Shown here: positions 12,401 to 23,405 of the stretch, piece after piece
Layout of the letters: each line of letters starts with the position of its first letter
Numbering within the stretch: position 1 is the stretch's first letter
DNA from: Lama guanicoe
Taxonomy: Eukaryota
NCBI GenBank assembly: GCA_013239625.1
Contig: MU054001.1
Location: 933,884-997,883 of the forward strand
Direction of reading: 5' to 3'
DNA: 64,000 bases
Program-made: the position numbers and the translations under genes
Notes under the pieces: model-generated
The model's input: the letters and a program-made list of their open reading frames with translations, nothing else
What the model was told of the DNA's origin: nothing
Database searches by the model: none

Positions 12401-13129
12401 AGCCTCCTCCCATATGTTTCCTTGAATAGAATTTTCCAGAAAATAGGATCCTGAATCCAGTCAGTGTAGAATGGAGTAACACAAAACCACCCGCACAGGA
12501 CCCCTGTGGACCCAGGACATACCCCATCCCGCGGTGAGTGTGTGCTTACGTAGGAAACCGTATCCCACGCTCAGTAGGGGCCGGGGTCTGCTGTCTTTAG
12601 CAGATAAGGAGGAGGCCAGGAAAGAGAAGAGACAGAGGAACTTGACGCTTATTAAAAGCACTTGCTCACAAGCTGTGTTCAGGTCCACATGGTGCCCAAA
12701 GCCGGGAACCCGGCCTCAGCAGGGGTCAATGCCCCATCCTGACAGGCGTGAGCTGGGGAGTCTGGGCTGAAGATGGATGAGGGCGCGAAACACGCCCGTG
12801 ACAGCGGTAATCCACAAGACCCAGGAACGCAGCCTGGTGTTTTGGCCACTTCCCCACACTTTTTATGGGCCCGAGGCCGGGGGAGGGAATTTTCATCATT
12901 TCAGACATAAATAACTCCATGAACAGTGTCGAGATCAGACACCTCGAAATTAACCACTCTGTACAACACAAAACCTCTGGATTTGCTTCTCGGTTGCAGT
13001 GCTGCCTGAAGTTAGGCAAGGCTCCAAGGCATTAAAACAAGCCTGGCACTTCCATCACGGCTCCCGGGAGAGGTCCCTGTCCTGCTCAGTGGGATGCCCA
13101 CTTGGTGCTTTCTTCTTGAGCATAGATCT

Positions 13130-14065
13130 TCCATCACTCTCCCTCCCCTCACCCTGGGCTGAGGACCTTGCCTCATTCTTTATGGAGGACATAGAAAAGA
13201 CCACATTCATGTTCTTTCATTTCCCGCCACCCACACGCACAAACTTGCCTACGTTCCAACCCCACCCTTTTTCACTTCACACTTCAAGATATAGTGGGAG
13301 ACATATGTTTCCTCCCACCAGGGGCCACGTCCCCTTGTGCCCTGAATCTCTCCCCTTCTAAGGGTCTGCCCTTCCAGCTACACAGTCTCACACACAGCGG
13401 CAACCTGGATTTGAACCTCTCCTGGATCCTTCTTACCTGCAATGACAGGTACTGAGTATCTCCCATCTCAAAAAACCAAATCAAACCAGACCAAACAAAA
13501 ACATTTCCCTTTGATCCTTCCTCTCTACCCAACTATGTCCTGTTTTCCTAATTCCCATCTCAGTGGAATATCCTGCGAGTGTTACCTCCAAGCCCCATCT
13601 CTACTTCTTCAATCAAGTCCAGGTTGACTTCGCCATCACACCACCGAAACTGACCTTAAGTTCGTCAATGACTCCGTGATGTCAAATGTGAAGAGTACCT
13701 CTTTTCTCCTCTTCCTTTACTTCCCAGGCGACCCCTCAGTCCCCTACGAGGCACTCTCTTCTCTTGGCAGCTCCTGCTTCTCCTCCCTCCCCCACTCCTC
13801 TCCCTCCCTGCTGTCCAAAGCTTCTGAGGACCCTCCTTCTTAACCCGACCTCTAGATGGAGGAGTGCCCCAGGCTCAGTCTTCAGCCCTCTTCTCGCCAC
13901 TGCTTTGTTCACTCCCTCTTTAAGTGAGCTCATTCATTCCATGGTTTTAAATACCATCTGTGTACTGCTGACTTCAAAATGATAGCCCCCGCCCGAAAAG
14001 CTCCCCTGCGCTCTATCTTGTATATCTGGATGCCTTCTTGCCACCTCCACTTGGGCATCTAATAG
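13130..14065 (+). mobile_element. L2 LINE body containing decayed reverse-transcriptase coding sequence
   Basis: Remnants of L2 RT motifs: caccaccgaaactgaccttaagttcgtcaatgac (STETAL.KV.ND), ggagtgccccaggctcagtcttcagccctcttctc (GVPQGSVLGPLLF), catggttttaaataccatctgtgtactgctgac (HGFKYHLYADD); frameshifted. Confidence 0.85.
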
Positions 14066-14079
14066 TTCTCTCTACAAGA

Positions 14080-14860
14080 TGTTCTATGAGTAGGCAGTTT
14101 ACAGAAGAAGAACAACAATAACCTCTTGGATGTGTCGAAGCTGTTCAAACTCATTGTGAGTTAATAGAATGCAAATTAAAACAAACTGAGGTATTTTTCA
14201 CCAATCAGTTTGGCAAGGAGAGATCAAAACATTTAAGAATACACTGTTGATAAGGATTTGAGGGAAAAGTTACCTTTGTAACGTGCAGGGAATGCAAATG
14301 GGTATAATTCCCTTGTAGGACAAATTGTTAATATCCATCTAAGTGAAAAACACACCCACCCTCTTTAATCTAGGAAATCTACTTCTAGAAATGTATTCAA
14401 TAGCTATAGTTAATTAATATATTTAAAATATGTATTTATTTCTATTAATATTTATCTGATAGAGACACAGTCACAAACGGAAACCAGCTAATACCAGCAA
14501 TGAGAGACTGGCTGCATAAGTGAAGTCAGTTCCACAATGAAATACCATTTAAGTGTTGTATGAATGAAAGAAACCTTTACAAGCTAATACATAAAAATCT
14601 TCAAGATATAATTTCAAATAAAAAAACTATGGCACAGAATGTTGGGTATAATATGCTATCAGTATTTAAAAAGGGTGATGGAGACAGAGATACCAGAAAT
14701 GCTTACGTAAATATAAAATATTACTGAAATGAGACACACAAAACTTGTAAGGGGATTGCCTCTAGGGCAGTGGAAGCAGGAGTTTCTAAAGGATGAAGAT
14801 GCTCTCCTTTATACTTTCTGTACTGTTTGGACTTTTTTTCACTTTGTTCAGTTGTTTCAT
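14080..14860 (+). mobile_element. L1ME-type LINE-1 3' fragment inserted in L2
   Basis: aggcagtttacagaagaag...aatgcaaattaaaacaa...ggaatgcaaatgggtataa...ctttatactttctgtactgtttg. Confidence 0.8.
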
Positions 14861-14888
14861 CGTCAACTTTACAGCACTATGTACTTTT

Positions 14889-15011
14889 GGAGGGGAGGGA
14901 AAGGTAATTAGGTTTTATTTAGATATTTATTTTAATGGAGGTACTGGGGATTGAACCCAGGACCTTGCACCTACTAGGCAGGGCGCTCTACCACTGAGCT
15001 ACGCCCTCCTC
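14889..15011 (-). mobile_element. Camelid tRNA-derived SINE (vic-1-like)
   Basis: ggtaattagg...tttaatggaggtactggggattgaacccaggaccttgc...gctctaccactgagctacgccctcc. Confidence 0.9.
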
Positions 15012-15044
15012 ACTTTATTTTCAATTTTAAAATCATGTTATTTT

Positions 15045-15482
15045 TCCTCACCTGGCTCCTTCTCTTTTTTTTTCAGCTCTCAGATGAAATGCTACCCCTT
15101 CATCAAGGCCTTCAGGACCATCCCGTCTTGTCAGTTTCCTCTGTTTTTTTCATCCTTCTCCAAAGCAGCTCCACTTCTAACTATTTTAAATATGGGGGTT
15201 ACAGGAAGATTTAACCCAAAAATGATTACTGCTCACCTTATCAGAGACGCTTCCCTGGGTACCCCATTATCCCTCTCTAATCTTTATCCTGCTTCTTTTT
15301 TTTTCCCCAAGGCATTTATCAGCACCTGAAATACTATTACATATTTTTTTTTATGTCTTTATTGTTGGCTTTCCCTCATTCCAGAAGAACAGGAATCTTG
15401 TCTTGCCTATTTTGTTCCTGGCTCTATCCCCTGCGGCTAGAACAATGCTTGGCATGTTGTGCAAAACAATATTTGCTGAATT
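15045..15482 (+). mobile_element. L2 3' end (probable continuation of the 13.1-14.1 kb L2)
   Basis: cagctctcagatgaaatgctacccc...caggaatcttgtcttg...ctagaacaatgcttggcat...aatatttgctgaat. Confidence 0.75.
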
Positions 15483-16329
15483 CAAGAACGGTTCTACCGC
15501 TAAGAACAAAACAAACAAAGAAAAAGATGTTTAAAGGTCATCGATCTAGAAAAGAAAACAGCCAAGGCCATGAGTTTAGGGCTGAGTCTAACATCTCAAT
15601 GGGTCATCACCAGCGTCCCTGTCCGGCTTGTGTTGACACTGACTTTCAAAGCAAAGGACCTGGCAGAGCAGCACACAGCACCAAGCGGCCGAGAGGACAT
15701 GGAGAAATCAGGAGCGGGGAGCTCTCCAGGAAAAGCCCGGAAGTGTGGAGCAGGGGAAGAGACAACACGACAGAAAGCAGAGGTGAGAGAGGGTCTTTAG
15801 CAAACCCCCAAGAGGACGTGCCTTTCCTAGTCAGAGAGAGTCAAGGCTGGAGGAAGAAGAGAAACCAGAGAAACCAAAGGGAGTCCTTGGGTCTTTCTGT
15901 CACTCTAACCGACTGAGTTCCAGCTCCTCATGGCTGATGCACAAGGTGTCCAGAACAGACAACCGCCAAGGGAAGGCATGAGTGAATCACCACATTACCC
16001 AAGCCCCCAGCGATCCGGCTAAAGGCAGGAGAGCCATGAGGCAGCAAGCCCCTGGGAATCAGCGAATTCAGCGGACAAGCCAGGGGAGCCGGCAGCCAGC
16101 GGGGGGCCCTGGGGGGGTGTGGGTGCCAGGGATCCCCCTCCCCCGACCAGCTTGCTCCTGGCAGCCAGCTTCCCCCAGAGGAAAAGCCCTCTGACCCTCT
16201 TTGCTGGGGCTGGGTTTGGGGTAACACCACGACCAAAGCTTCCGATGACTTCAGAAAACTGTGTTTTCAGCCCTGGTGCGTCAGCGCCTGCATCCATTCT
16301 GCCAGGGCCTCCCGGAACCTCAGGAAACC

Positions 16330-16520
16330 TCATGTTTTCTAAATTGTACTTTTATGCTCAGCAAGCCCTCAGGCTACCTGGTTAAAAGTTTACATTAAAA
16401 AATCCTTCATAATTGGTTCGTTTGAATGGTGCCCTCTGCAGAGTCATCAAGGAAGGCCGTGTTCATTAGCGGCCGTTCACATAAAATCCAGGCAGTAAAA
16501 TGTCAATCATTTCGAGGCTT
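16330..16520. promoter_or_regulatory. Candidate enhancer with PBX-MEIS/PREP composite site
   Basis: TGTCAATCA at 16501-16509 (TGATTGACA on minus), plus TTTTATG, CATAAAA, TAATTGG, CATTAG in unique sequence. Confidence 0.4.
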
Positions 16521-16611
16521 CAAAAACCGTCTCCAGGCTTTCTCGAGACCAACCAAACGCCAACACGGATAAATCCAGGGCAAGATGAACTCGGGGCGAC
16601 ATCTTCTAAGC

Positions 16612-16832
16612 CAGCGTTTCTCCACCTTGGCACTATTGCCATTTGAGGCCAGAAAATTCTTTTGTTGTTGAAGGGCTGTGCTTTGCAGGATGTTTAACAG
16701 CATCCCTGGTACCCACTAAACGCCAGTAGCATTCTCCTGTTTGTGACAACCCAAAATGTCCCCAGACGTTGCCAAAAGTCCCTGGCTGGGGAGAGGGGGT
16801 GGGAGACAAATAGCCCCAGGTTGAGAACCACG
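16612..16832 (-). mobile_element. MER20 hAT-Charlie DNA transposon
   Basis: Termini cagcgtttctccacc...ggttgagaaccacg; internal tgtgacaacccaaaatgtccccagacgttgccaaa. Confidence 0.9.
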
Positions 16833-17774
16833 CTTCCATTTGGATGGCTGAAATTTGGAAGGAAAAGTCACCAATTCAGAAAAGACATTTCTTAAGGGTC
16901 TGCTATGTGCTCGGTGCCGTGCTAGACATTGGATTTGGTCAAAAATAAGGGGTGTGCGCGGCTCCAAGCATCTCTTTTGCGAGAAGTGGAGACCAAACCC
17001 TTAGTTCTTTCTCAGTGACCAAGTTTCAAGGGCCAGATTTTCTGACCGGAGGTGAGGGCAGGGTGAGGTCGGACTGTTTCATTAGGAGAAAATGGGTGGG
17101 TGAGCACTTGAGAAACTCCTCCAAAGGCAGGCCTCAGACGTCCTTGTTTTTAGCTCCTCATGTGCATGGATGTTGCCGGCCTTGAAAAGAGCACAATGGA
17201 TCACAGTGAATCATCGAAGTTAATTATAGAGATCACTGTGGAGCTGTGCAAAGCCCGACTGAGCGTAGCTTGCAACATCAGGCAGCAGAGCAGCCACCAG
17301 TGATGATGTTCACGTTAATCACTGGCACTGACATAGCCCTAGAGTGCTCCCCGCTCCGGGCCTATGCCAGGAAAAATAGAGAAGCAGTCAAGAAAAACAC
17401 AGTAGCAGTTATCACACCCTCTAGTGACAGGCAGCCACCATTCCCCTCAACTGTGGCCTTAGACTGCCTGGAGGGCCCCTGGGGAGGGGGGCGTGGTGGA
17501 GCCTGGTGGACGGACCTGTGGTGGAGGCTGGTGGGTGTGTGGGAGGGAATGGGGGAGCCCATGCAGATGGGCAGGTTAAAGTGGCACACTGAGATAGAGG
17601 GACAGACAGACGCTCAGACACAAGTCGTTTCCTTGCATGAAGGGTTCATTCAAGTGACAGGGAAATGTCCCCAAGAACCTGGCACTGGTGAAGGCCAGGT
17701 CCCCCAGAGTTAACTAATACAGTCTCTAGGCCGTAGGTAAGTCAGGCTCTCTTCCCAGGCGGCTAAGAATTGTC

Positions 17775-18200
17775 AATGTGCAACGGGGCTGGAGAATGCG
17801 GGAACACCCAGTGTTCTCATCAAGGTTGTCATCCTTCTTGCAAGTTAACAAGTTAGCTTGCCAGTTTCATGGAGGCTGGCAGAAGACACAAGACACCTGG
17901 GTCAGACAAAGAACGTTATTACTTCCGGTACAGCCGGCGGCATATTTACAACTCCCTTTGTCCCCAGTCCGACGGGAGCGACTTAGGTTAGCCAGATAAG
18001 ACACCTGTCCATGCAGGGGGTTGCATCAGGGGAGAGAAACCCACACTGAGGGAACTGGAATCTTTTCCAAGGGGCAGTCAGTGTGCTGCTTGCCCTTTGC
18101 TCTGGGGAGAAACTAAATCTGTCTTCCAAAGCTCCCCCTACAAAACATGCAGAAATGTGGAAGACCCCCGGAGAAGTATCTCCCAGCAGGAATGAACTTC
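17775..18200 (-). mobile_element. ERVL-class solo LTR (MER54/MER73/MER74-like; subfamily uncertain)
   Basis: acaagttagcttgccagtttcatggaggctggcagaagacacaagacacctgggtcagacaaagaacgttattact. Confidence 0.65.
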
Positions 18201-18385
18201 TAAGCCACACTGGCAGAAAAGGAAGATCCAGGCAGTCACAGGTCAAGTTGTGCTAAACCCCTTTCTTCCTTCCCTAGAGTCTCCAGAGCAACCTTCTCAT
18301 TAGAATACGGACTCCCACGAGTACTCATCCAGAAATGGGATCACTCCTTTGCCCAAGTGACCATACCCTGCTATTAGTTAACTGT

Positions 18386-18546
18386 CTTTTGTTGTTATTG
18401 TTTTGTTTTGTTTGGGGGAGATAATTAGATTTATTTACTTACTTTATTTATTTTTAAGGGTGGTATTGGGGATTGAACCCAGGACCTTGTGCATGGTGAG
18501 CACAGGCTCTACCACTGAGCTCTACCCTCCGCACACCCCAACCCCC
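18386..18546 (-). mobile_element. Camelid tRNA-derived SINE (vic-1-like) with perfect 10-bp TSD
   Basis: ggtattggggattgaacccaggaccttgtgcatg...ctctaccactgagctctaccctcc; TSD agttaactgt at 18376-18385 and 18547-18556. Confidence 0.92.
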
Positions 18547-18699
18547 AGTTAACTGTATTTCTGGTGATCATTTAGTTTGGACACTTTCGGGTTTATACAT
18601 CAGACTCCGTGCTGGTTAATGTGAGTCTGTTTTACACAGAACTCCTAATCCTGAAATGTTGAGAGCTGGATCCCTGAATTTAATGTGGTAATTTGAATA

Positions 18700-18915
18700 A
18701 TAACAAGGAGTGTTCAGCACTGATTATTATATGTTCTGAGCTCTTTACATTCATAACCTAATTTAATCCTCCAATTTAGTAGACACATCTAGAAGTCCCA
18801 TTTTACAGATGAAGAAAGCAAAGCACAGAGAGAGGAAATTATGCCCACCAGGGACTCACAGGCACTTGAACTTAGTCTGGCTGAGCCCAAAGCCAGTCAT
18901 CTAACCACTGCTCAG
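18700..18915 (-). mobile_element. MIR SINE
   Basis: ctttacattcataacctaatttaatcctc...cccattttacagatgaagaaagcaaagcacagagag. Confidence 0.85.
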
Positions 18916-19169
18916 AATGTCTCAGGAGGCTGTTGGTGACCAGCCAGGCTTCCCTCAGATACCTTCTGTCACTCCCTCTGGCTGAATGGGCCTTAATCTG
19001 GGATGCAGGTGAGCCAGGAGGTGACCGCCTTCCCCCGCTACCCCCCAGAACCCTTGGCTCCCTGAGTCAGGCTCATCTGGACATGTAGGTACCTCCTGTT
19101 CCTGGAGTCCTTTCCCCTCATCTATGTGCCATCTAAAGCTTTCCGGAAGGTTTTCATGATGCTTTGGGT

Positions 19170-19228
19170 CCTCTTCCAGTGACTAGTGCTCCATAACACA
19201 TCACCCCCAAATCCAGCGGCTTGAAACA

Positions 19229-19260
<32 letters not shown>

Positions 19261-19807
19261 GAATTTTTTTACTTAACATTTTCTACTAAAATACTGTTTA
19301 TTTTTTAAATTTTTTGCATTTTGTATTTTATAAATATATTTATTACCTGTATTTCTCAGTCAATCCAGATTACAATTTTTTTGCTCAGGAATTGGGAAAG
19401 GGCTTAGCTGGGACATTCTCGCCTGGGGTCTTTCCTAAGATGGCAATCCACTGTCAGCTGAGGCTACACACATCGGGGGGTGGGAGGGACGCTGGACATC
19501 CCAAAGGGCTCACCCACAAGGCTGACAGTTGAAGTTCAGCTGGGCTGTTGATGCCAGCAATCGCATCTGCATGTAGCCTGGCCAACATGGTGGTCTCATG
19601 GTAGTCAGAATTAATACATGTGTCTGGCTTTGCCCAGGGCAGGGGTCCCAAGAACCCAGAGGAAGCTGAGAGATCTTTTCGGAGCTAGCCTCCAAAGTCA
19701 CGTGTTATAGACTCTGTTGGACAAAGCAGTCCCAGGCATGGCCAGATTCAAGGGACCCTCTCTTGAGGTGTCAAAGAATTTGGGATTCATGGCTTAAAAG
19801 TGCCACA
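19170..19807 (-). mobile_element. MaLR solo LTR (MLT1G/H-like), interrupted by a poly(T)/AT-rich insertion at ~19232-19370
   Basis: ataacacatcacccccaaatccagcggcttgaaacagc...tcaggaattgggaaagggcttagctggg...gccagattcaaggga...tgccaca. Confidence 0.8.
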
Positions 19808-20012
19808 GGTCCTAACCAGAGGATGCTCTTCCTGGTCCAAACTAGCAGCATGGGCCTCCTTGTTCTTTTAGTCAACACTGTGAACTCTCTGCCCTTATAA
19901 GCTTGTTTCCAAAGCATCTAAGAGTCTGTCTCATCCTACTTCTTAGGGCCCTATTGTGTTGTGTCCTTTGCTGCCTCTTGAACCACATGCTTACCTGTAC
20001 AGGTAGAGGTAC

Positions 20013-20225
20013 TAAGGGTCACTAATACAAATGCCTGCAGACATCCGGCAGGTGATATAAACGGGCCAAGTGGGTTGGATGTGAGGCATTAGGGAGGGGT
20101 GGGAACTGTGGCAAACTGAGAGCAAGGCACCTGCTCACAGAAGCTGCCGCATCATCTCAGCTCCAAACTGGGGTGTGGCTCCGACGTGGCAGATCTTGGA
20201 AGTTTTTGTTAGAATTTGGAACTCC
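20013..20225 (+). mobile_element. MER102-like hAT-Charlie remnant
   Basis: caaatgcctgcag...ggcaggtgatataaa...tagggaggggtgggaactgtggcaaactgagagca...ctcagctcca...cagatcttg. Confidence 0.75.
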
Positions 20226-21023
20226 ATTAACACCACTTGGTGTGCTCTTTTTCTCCTTTAACCTACTGGCAACGAATTCATATCAGTTCACCAGTTCTAC
20301 AAGAACAGCTTCACATCCTGTTTTCTGCAGTTGTTGACTTCTAGCTACCCGTCTCTATTCATGGGTGAGCTGAGGACCTACATGCGGACATGTGGCCAGT
20401 TCCTTCAATGCCACAGTTTCTTTAAAAAGGGGAAAGGGGCTTGCCCTTTCCTTTTCTAATCCGGCTGGATCTGGGTACCATGGACTCCAACCCTAGGACA
20501 CAATGGTGTGAACTGTGCAGCAGAATTGTCTAGGGGCTATTTCAGAAATGGCTGATCACACCCTATTTCAGACGGACTGAAGAAGATGTTACCAGAGTGG
20601 AACTTGGGAATCTCTCAAAGCCTCCTTAATCTGTTCCTTGCCACCCCATATGCCAGGCTCACATCCCCCAAGGGAGGATGGATTTAAAATATTCTCTTCA
20701 TTAATTCAACTGCCAGTGGTCCTTTCCTGTCCAATCAGCCCGCCCACCATTGTCTGTTTAGCATCTCTGAAACACAGCTTTGCAGGCTTTATGTCGGTTC
20801 TCAGAGTTTTGTGGTTCTCCTTGCCCATTAGAAAGCACATAAAACCCTTAGCCTGGCATTCAGCCTGCAACTTCCTCCCAAATTTCCCTTGTACATAGTC
20901 CCAGTCCCTCTAAGAACCCTGAACTGCCTCTGCCTCTTATATGGCAAGTAGCTGACACTGCCATGAAGTGATGTGAACATCTTTACTGTGAATCCTGCCT
21001 CCTTTTTCAATCCCTCGCTCACA

Positions 21024-21074
21024 CATTTGTTCACTACGTTCACTCATCTGTTCACTAAGTTCACTCATTTGTTC
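21024..21074. repeat. 21-bp tandem repeat x2.4
   Basis: catttgttcactacgttcact / catctgttcactaagttcact / catttgttc. Confidence 0.85.
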
Positions 21075-21144
21075 CTTACTGAGCATCCACTTAAGTAACC
21101 CATACTGGATTACAAGCTCCCTGGAAATGGCAAGCTTTAGCTCC

Positions 21145-21275
21145 ACGTTCCAAGATATATTTAACTGAAGATGACATGTTGAGAGAGGATGGGCACTGGT
21201 TTACCAGAAAGAGAGAAAGGACTGAGCAATGAAGTGGAAGTAGGCTACATTAAAGGCAAATTCTGGGTGAAGCGA
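21145..21275 (+). mobile_element. L3/CR1 LINE fragment
   Basis: atatttaactgaagatgacatgttgagagagg...aggactgagcaatgaagtggaagt...aggcaaatt resembles the L3 3' region. Confidence 0.4.
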
Positions 21276-21360
21276 CACTGGCCAGAGAAGAGCAAGGAAG
21301 AGCAGACTGAAGTCCTTCTGAGGGTCTTTCTATGGAGAATAGTACCTGTAGTGCATACTG

Positions 21361-21950
21361 TGTTTTAGTTAGGGTACTGCGCTGAAAGAAACTCACCAAC
21401 TTAACTCAAGCTGGCTTAAGTGAAAAAGAAAATTTATTTGTTCTTGTAAAGTCTTCAGGTATGGCTGGATCCAGGAGCTAAATGATGTCATCAGGCCTCA
21501 TCCTCACCCTTTCTCCCTCTCAGCCCTATTTCGTTCCATCTTAGCCCATCTTAAGCAGACTTTTCCCTCATGGTGACACATCGGCCTATGGCAGTCCAAG
21601 CTGCCATGCTCTCCTCCAGTGACCCCTATGGAAAGGGTACATCTCTTTTCTCTAGTTATTCCATACAGAGTTCTGGGATGGAATCTCGTTGGACTACCAG
21701 TGGGTCATGTGTCTATCTCTAAACAGTTACTGTGGCCAAGGGAATAAATATTCTGATTTGCCAGACCTGGGTCATATGCTCACCCCTTAACCAATCACTG
21801 GGCTGGACAGGGGCTACCCCTGAACCAATCACTGTGGGCAGCAGCCTTGATTGGTTAGCCCTGGGTCACATGCCCAGACCAGGAAGTAGGAACTGTGAAG
21901 CCAGCCTCATAGACCCACATGGACTGTGTGTGAAAGAGGGAAATAAAGAT
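21361..21950 (-). mobile_element. MaLR solo LTR (MLT1K-like)
   Basis: aactcaagctggcttaagtgaaaaagaaaatttatt...cttcaggtatggctggatccaggagctaaatgatgtcatcagg, with internal repeats of aaccaatcactg. Confidence 0.85.
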
Positions 21951-22709
21951 CTCTCCTGAGAGAGATTTATGTATATAAACCCTCACATAATGGGCAGCCA
22001 TGGAAAGAAGATTCTGGAGTACATGCTAACATGTGGAGGGCAGTAATGTCACAGGCTCCATGCCTCCAGGTTCCCTAAAGAGAGGAAGCTCCCTTTTACC
22101 CCACATGGAGCATGTGACTCCTACCTCAGCAACCCGCTGCCAGCTTCCCCTCGCCCAAGCAAAGTGGTCCCCACACTCCCCCACACCCCATGGGAGGTCT
22201 GAGAGTTGAAACTGCCCGAACTGCCCCAGGGCCCTGACACCCTGGGAAGAATGCCGATCCAAGGCCCAGGAGCACCCACTGACCCTCTCCAGCCGGGAGT
22301 GGCAGGCGGGGCTGACCACAGGGCTCCCACTGACCCCCACCCCTCCCTTCCAGCCCCACAGCCTAATCTTGGGAACAGGTGGGAGGCCTGGGCCCCGGCT
22401 CTCAGCTTTCACGGCCAGGAGCACAGCAAGGGGAGACTCGTTACATGGGTTTAACGGGGTTTAAAAGGCGTTAAGGAGTCCTGTGGGCCAAATTAAGGGG
22501 CCTCGACTTACAAGCTGAGTTATGAAGAGATCTAAGGCATGTTTAGGCCGAGGGCAGGAGCCCCAAATTTGGTCTAGCACAGTTGCAGTGTGGAAATGTG
22601 CGCTCCAGGGATTTCACCAAACAGAGAGGAAATAACAGGTGTCTGGGAGGCCAGCCAGGGGTCTGGGGGGTGGAAAGCACCGAGGGGTAGGGTTTTCCTT
22701 TTCTTCTCC

Positions 22710-23200
22710 ATAAATGGAGAAAAACCAGGCACTAGCCATCAAGGGGCAGCTGGTTAAGTAAATTAAGGTATAATTAAGGTCTATCTTCAGGCTGGGGTAC
22801 TACATGGCTGTTAAAAAGAATGAGACATGTCTGTTAAGGCCTGGAGAATGGTTTCCAAAAATTATTCTTAGGTTAAAAAAATAATAAGCAAAATGTAGAA
22901 CAGTGTGTCTAACAGGCTATCATTGTTTACACACACCAGTTAGGTTGAACCATACGACATTTCCACTTCTGTAAATCAAAATATCAGTGTCTATATGTCA
23001 TGTATGTGTACATATAGTTTCCGTTCTGGTGTATATGGAGAGCGTCTTTGGCAGTTTACACAAGACTCTGATAACCAGGGATTCCTTTGGAGATACCCTC
23101 TGGGACTAGGGGTCAAGAGTGGGAGAGAGAGTTGCTTTTCAGTGCATGACATTTTCTACTCTAGAATCTTTTATGTCCTACACCTATTTTATATTTAGGG
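22710..23200 (+). mobile_element. L1ME 3' fragment
   Basis: ggttaagtaaattaaggtata...gctgttaaaaagaatgag...aagcaaaatgtagaacagtgtgt. Confidence 0.7.
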
Positions 23201-23239
23201 GAAAAACGGTTTTCAGAAATGACACAAAATATATGTACT

Positions 23240-23405
23240 ACACCATTATCCCATGCAGTCCTAACATCACTCCTGTGAGAGTACCATCAATAGTCCCATT
23301 TTACAGATGAAAAAACTGAGGCAGAGCAGGTCGGAGGCTTTCTGAAGTGGGGAGTGGAATAGAATCAAGTGTGTCTGGCTCCAAAGGCCGAATCCTTGAC
23401 CAGGA
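23240..23405 (-). mobile_element. MIR SINE
   Basis: cccattttacagatgaaaaaactgaggcagag...tgtctggctccaaagg. Confidence 0.85.

Noticed and set aside
9901..15011. Oppositely oriented SINE pair as a dsRNA/ADAR substrate
   Set aside because: Short (~120 bp), diverged, ~5 kb apart, and no evidence of transcription
15353..15916. 187-aa plus-strand ORF
   Set aside because: Begins inside an L2 3' end; no recognisable protein features
17202..17240. Inverted CACAGTG heptamers resembling V(D)J recombination signals
   Set aside because: No ACAAAAACC nonamer at 12 or 23 bp and no V/D/J segments nearby
17300..17331. C-box (GTGATGA) and D-box (CTGA) suggesting a C/D snoRNA
   Set aside because: Only ~21 nt between boxes, far too short
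8925..17742. Isolated strong splice donors (cag|gtaaga ~8930, cag|gtaagt ~10662, gcg|gtgagt ~12533, tag|gtaagt ~17736)
   Set aside because: I could not pair them with a convincing upstream acceptor and open frame; such motifs are expected by chance
21700..21875. Three spaced copies of an aaccaatcactg-like unit, superficially array-like
   Set aside because: Internal repeats of the MLT1K-type LTR; not CRISPR (mammalian DNA, degenerate repeats, no cas genes)
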